Source of the DNA: Klebsormidium nitens
Lineage: Eukaryota; Plantae; Klebsormidiophyceae
Direction: 5' to 3'
Assembly (NCBI GenBank): GCA_000708835.1
Contig: DF237320.1
Coordinates: 29,027 to 92,656, forward strand
DNA length: 63,630 nucleotides
Shown: one piece after another, positions 59,325 through 63,630 of the stretch
Layout of the letters: every line of letters begins with the position of its first letter
Position numbering within the stretch: position 1 is the stretch's first letter
The notes under the pieces: generated by a model
Told to the model about the DNA's origin: nothing
What the model saw: the letters and a program-made list of their open reading frames with translations, nothing else
Databases searched by the model: none
Translations under genes and position numbers: made by a program

Positions 59325-62300
59325 AAGGGAAGAGCGGAGGACCGTGTTTCGTCACCAGATTGATTAGAGAAACTACCGCAGGCGCAACACCAATGACTAC
59401 AGCCGCATAAATCCAATGTCCAAGGATTCCACGCTTCACCGTTAAAAAGAGACGCTTCGAAGAAAAGGACCCTGCTTCCGGAACTTCCCAAGGAAAGTTG
59501 CTGCCAGCAAACAGAAGCCGTACTCACGACGACAGCGGCAAGTACTCTGAATTTTGAAATGGAGACAGCCCCGCTACCCGCAGATGGTGGTGACTGATCC
59601 GCAATCGACATTGACTGCTTACCACGTCTCTGATTAGCAGCCGTACTAAGAGCTCCGGCTCGCCTTCGCTTGCTTGGCGGGGGAAGTGACCTGCAGTGAG
59701 GACGATTGAAGCTTTGGTGAGGATACAGATCTGCTCGAAGATGATGCTTTAAAGGAGCGCTGCTGCAGCCGAAACCTTCTTATCGCTCTCTTCGTTGTCG
59801 AACATGTATGACAACCCTGAGCGAAGCCATGGTGGAGACGAGTCAAGCTTTCAAACGCTGTCCGGCCAACGAGCCAATACTCAAATTGAGTAGGGAGTCG
59901 TCACTTACGTCTTGCAAGTCTACAAAATTACGACCCCGCTTTCCTAGTGTGCCGAAGGATTGTACGCGACCAGTGAGAATTGGAACGAGAGCAAGGGTTG
60001 TAATAGACTGGAATGAAGTGGCTTCAAAAGAAATACTCAAGGAAACGAGTCAACCGTAGAAACTGAGCCCTTCAATTCGTCACTGACGTATGTCTCGAGT
60101 GTTTATGAGTAGACGAGGGTTTGTCGAAGCAACGGTCCGCTTTCTTCAAGGTTACCACATCAAATTTTGAGAACAAGCTCACCGCCAACAGCTGACGGCC
60201 CGACGTGCTTCTTGGCAGCCGCCGTTTGGTAATCAGCATACTTTATAGTCATTCCGGCAGTCACCCGGCCGCTCATCTGCGAGAAGAATCAAAAAGGTTC
60301 CGTCGAGAAGGTTCCGAGTGACGGTGAAAGCTTCACCTTGCAATATGTCTTCGATTGATCCGGTTCTGCGCGTCCGCAAATGCTGGTCAATGCAGTAACC
60401 AACAAGAATGTGCCTCATGTGCTTGATCAGGTGATCAACAGGTAGTCACTCGATGCTGCTCAAGATGATCACCTTACGGGGCTCAACGTGCTTTTTCTTC
60501 CATTTTCTTCGCTGCATGTGCACAATCGTGAGTGACTCTCCAGAACACATGCGGTTCACCTTATTGAAGCATCGTTTCGCTCCAGTCGGGCAGAACTTCC
60601 GCTCTTGGATCGACTCAGTTGACCAGCATTCAAATTTTTGTTCCTGGCTTGAGACGCCTCACGAGTCACCCTCATGAGAGACTCGCAACAAGCGATTGAC
60701 CCTACAATGAAAGGCCCGAGTCTTACCTTTGCGGTCTCAGTTCCATGTTCTCTTTGTCCGTACGGCTGGGGCTCATTGCAGTTGGCTGCGGGCAGACTGC
60801 ACAGAGTCAATGGTGTGCGAGCACTGATGCTCTTGGTCGGAAAAGAGATGCTTCTGATGCATGTTGGATCAAAGCACTGTCAATGGCACCAAGGCCAAAA
60901 GATTAGAAAACGAGAGCTGGTGCGTGCCCATCTTGCAAAGAAACGCAACGTGTCCGCCTTTTTTTGCGGTTTGCAAAATATATACCACCAAACGAGCGAC
61001 CAACCCAGACAAATTTCACACCCAAGTATTTGTAACTCGGTCGTTCTATTGCTATTCGACCAGATCCGTGAATGAAGCCTCACAACAATTCCTCATTCCG
61101 TCAGAGATTCACAAGCTTACCATGGCGCTCTGAGATTGCAATGGAACCGTCTCAGGTCCTCTCCTCCAGCTTTCGTGTCCTCGCTTTTGAGTGTGCCCTG
61201 CAAAGAAAATTCTTACATGTTTTGTTGAAAGGTGGCCTCCCAGCTTCTAAGCAGGGACCTGTATTCAAACAGCCAAGCTCTGAATCTACATCGTGAGGGT
61301 GTGCTCGTCCGGGTAATGCTGTTCGTACGCACGAGGCCTAGTCAAGTCGCAAAAGATCTGTCCATCCGACCAACCGGTACGCGGGGCGGATGTCAGATCA
61401 CAGCAGGAACCTGCCTGAAGGTACAGAAACAAGCATTCTCAATGCTTCTTTTATACGCGATGCTTATGGGCTGTCCTTTCGTAGCTCGTTTGCTTTCAAG
61501 AGACTCCTAAACTCGAATACAGTGCAAAGACTGTTCTTTTGTGTTCGACCTGACACACGGACAGGGAAGCGCGGCCAGAGCTGCTAGCAGCAGTGCTTAG
61601 CAGCATTTACTTACTTTGTGGGACTTCTGCGAAGACCTGCTACACGCATCTCAATCATCATCAGCAGTCCAAATGGGCATTCCCTTTCGCCTCTAATCGC
61701 TTGTTGATTTGAGCTCTACTGTTTACACTGGCTTGCATGAGAACCAGCGTAAGGATATGCAGAGTCAGAGTAGACTACCGATACATGCAAGCCCTCATTG
61801 GATGACATAGGCGCTGGAAACTTTGCAAATCGTCTGCTTGCAACGGGGCCTTATCAGCTCCCAAGCCAACAGTAGGCTCTGGAGCTCACCATAGCAGTGG
61901 GTTTCGCCTCCTCTTTTGATAGTTGGCTGGCCCGTTCGGCTTCAGATACTGAAGATTGGACGGCATCTTGTCAAGCGCGCTCCAGCGCTCCAATTCTGGC
62001 AGCTGCCGCATGTTACAAACAAGGGAACAAAGGTCTGGAATCATGACAACTTGTGATCATCTGCGGGCAGGCTTATCTTTCTTCCGCTTCAGCCTACAAA
62101 ACATTTGAAGCATGGCAATGACAAGTTCAAGAAGCAACCTTTTTCCCCAGGGAGTCTAGCTTAGCGAGCAATCTGATGCATCAAGCATGACTTTCTCTTG
62201 ACAGAGACTCCGTTGTTCCCAGGTTAAAAGCGTTTGTCAAGTAGCTTGCTGAATCAATCCCGAACAGCTTCCTAAATCAATCCCAGCGTGCCTACCTTTT

Positions 62301-62986
62301 GATCTAATTTCAATGAGAAACTTGCATGTAGACTGAAATGCTAAAAATACTTTCAATAACACCCTCCAACCCTCCAGGCTTCGGCGCTAGGATCCAACCC
62401 AAGGGAGGAGACAGTAGATGCCAATGTTATTATGCTGGTGGTTATTCTATGAAAGCTGATTTCGTTCAAATATTGATGCATCAGCAGTTGGGATATTCAA
62501 TTTTGACTGCTTGAATTGACGAGCTGATTAGCAGCAAAGGGTTCAAGGGAAAGATGTTTGGAGCCTGTGCATGCAATACAAAAAGCCTGAACGGCCACGA
62601 AATCCTTTGAATCTCTTTTGCACTCACCTGCATTAGGTGCACAGGTCAGATTGCACTTTGCATCCCCCAGTCTTTTACCTAACAACATAGGACAGCCCCT
62701 CGGGGATGTATCGAATCAGATTCTAGAAGCAGGGATTGCCTGCAACGAGCACTCGATTCTTAAATTTTGGCGCGGCCCAAAGGAATAATTGCCCCCCCGA
62801 CCAGCTGTCAAAAGTCGGCTACATTCGCAGGCACTGGCACTTTAGGCACCGCTCGAAGTGAGGGTTCTTTCCATATACGAGCGGTACGGTACCAGCGCCG
62901 TGCGAGGGACTGGGTAAGCCGACTTGGGCTGACAGCTGGACTGGGTCAAAGGGAAGACGCGAGTGCGCGCAGGCAATACCTACTTT

Positions 62987-63237
62987 GGCCGGGTGAAGCG
63001 GCCGCCGGGTGAATACGGCGAAAGTTGCTCAGAGGCTTTCAGGCAGTGAGCCGAACGTGGCGCCGGGTGAATACGGCTGTTCTTCCGGTTGTGGCGCTCA
63101 GGTGTTTTGAGTGCGGCCAACGTGGCGACGGGTGAATATGGCAGGTGTTGGTCACCGTATAAGGTGAATGCGTTTGCGGGGAAGCTGTATGAAGCTTTAT
63201 TTCCCGAAGGATGTAGGGTGCGCCGGGTGAATACGGC
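62987..63237. repeat. Spaced array of a 16-bp mini-hairpin motif GCCGGGTGAATACGGC
   Basis: Copies at 63004, 63062, 63127 (two mismatches) and 63222; partial copies at ~62988 and ~63162. Confidence 0.8.
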
Positions 63238-63630
63238 TGGTCATGAATGGTATCGTTTTACCATTGCAGGCTAGGATGTGGTCTACATCGCGAGCAGTGG
63301 CTTGGAATCCTGTGTCAGCAAGCGGAGATGCCAGTGGTGCGCTGCCATGTGGGCAAAGTCCTGGAGAGAGTGGCCAATGGGAAGCGGAGATCAGCTGGGC
63401 TAGAGCTGAATGGTAGGTGATAAAGGATGATAGTCTTTAGCATTTTGATTGTCATGGCTGTTGAAAGATCAGAATATAGGGTGGGTTTGGGTGGGAACGG
63501 AAAAACAATGGCGCCCGAGCGCCTCAAAAAAAGCTCCTCTAAGCTTCGTCAGGAAAGAAGGAAGGAGCTGCGCATTTTTACGAAGTTGTGCTTCAACTTC
63601 ATCGAAGCACGACCGTCCGATGAGACGGCC

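Noticed and set aside
62987-63237. CRISPR array
   Set aside because: Eukaryotic context, a repeat of only 16 bp, irregular spacing, partly shared spacer ends and no cas genes.

Overview
Eukaryotic genomic scaffold: GT-AG introns, two N-gaps, and an RLK/Pelle-type receptor kinase that places it in the streptophyte/plant lineage. The gene style is compatible with a charophyte alga such as Klebsormidium, which is inference only. I recognised no rRNA, tRNA or CRISPR. Left part: a large multi-exon chromatin-type gene (GATA-like zinc fingers plus Tudor domain); a lesioned receptor-like kinase preceded by two tandem amicyanin-like cupredoxin exon modules; an unknown membrane protein; a Cys-rich secreted protein; and an orphan ORF. 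From 23.8 to 56.8 kb lie seven non-homologous glycan-modifying enzymes, six with a clear N-terminal type-II membrane anchor: a Methyltransf_22/METTL24-like methyltransferase, a DUF7796-like putative GT, a catalytically altered NAD-epimerase, an NXPE-like Ig+PC-esterase, a GT90/CAP10-like, a GT32 and a bacterial-type GT4 with an unknown C-terminal domain. This looks like a Golgi glycan/EPS biosynthetic gene cluster, interrupted by one large unrelated gene. Mobile DNA: three MITEs, two gaps each flanked by a 16-17 bp direct repeat (TSD), and a degenerate CACTA-like element with a TNP1-like ORF and a ~125-bp tandem array. Many genes carry single-base frameshifts, and error versus real decay cannot be settled here. 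All family assignments come from motif recall, not database searches.
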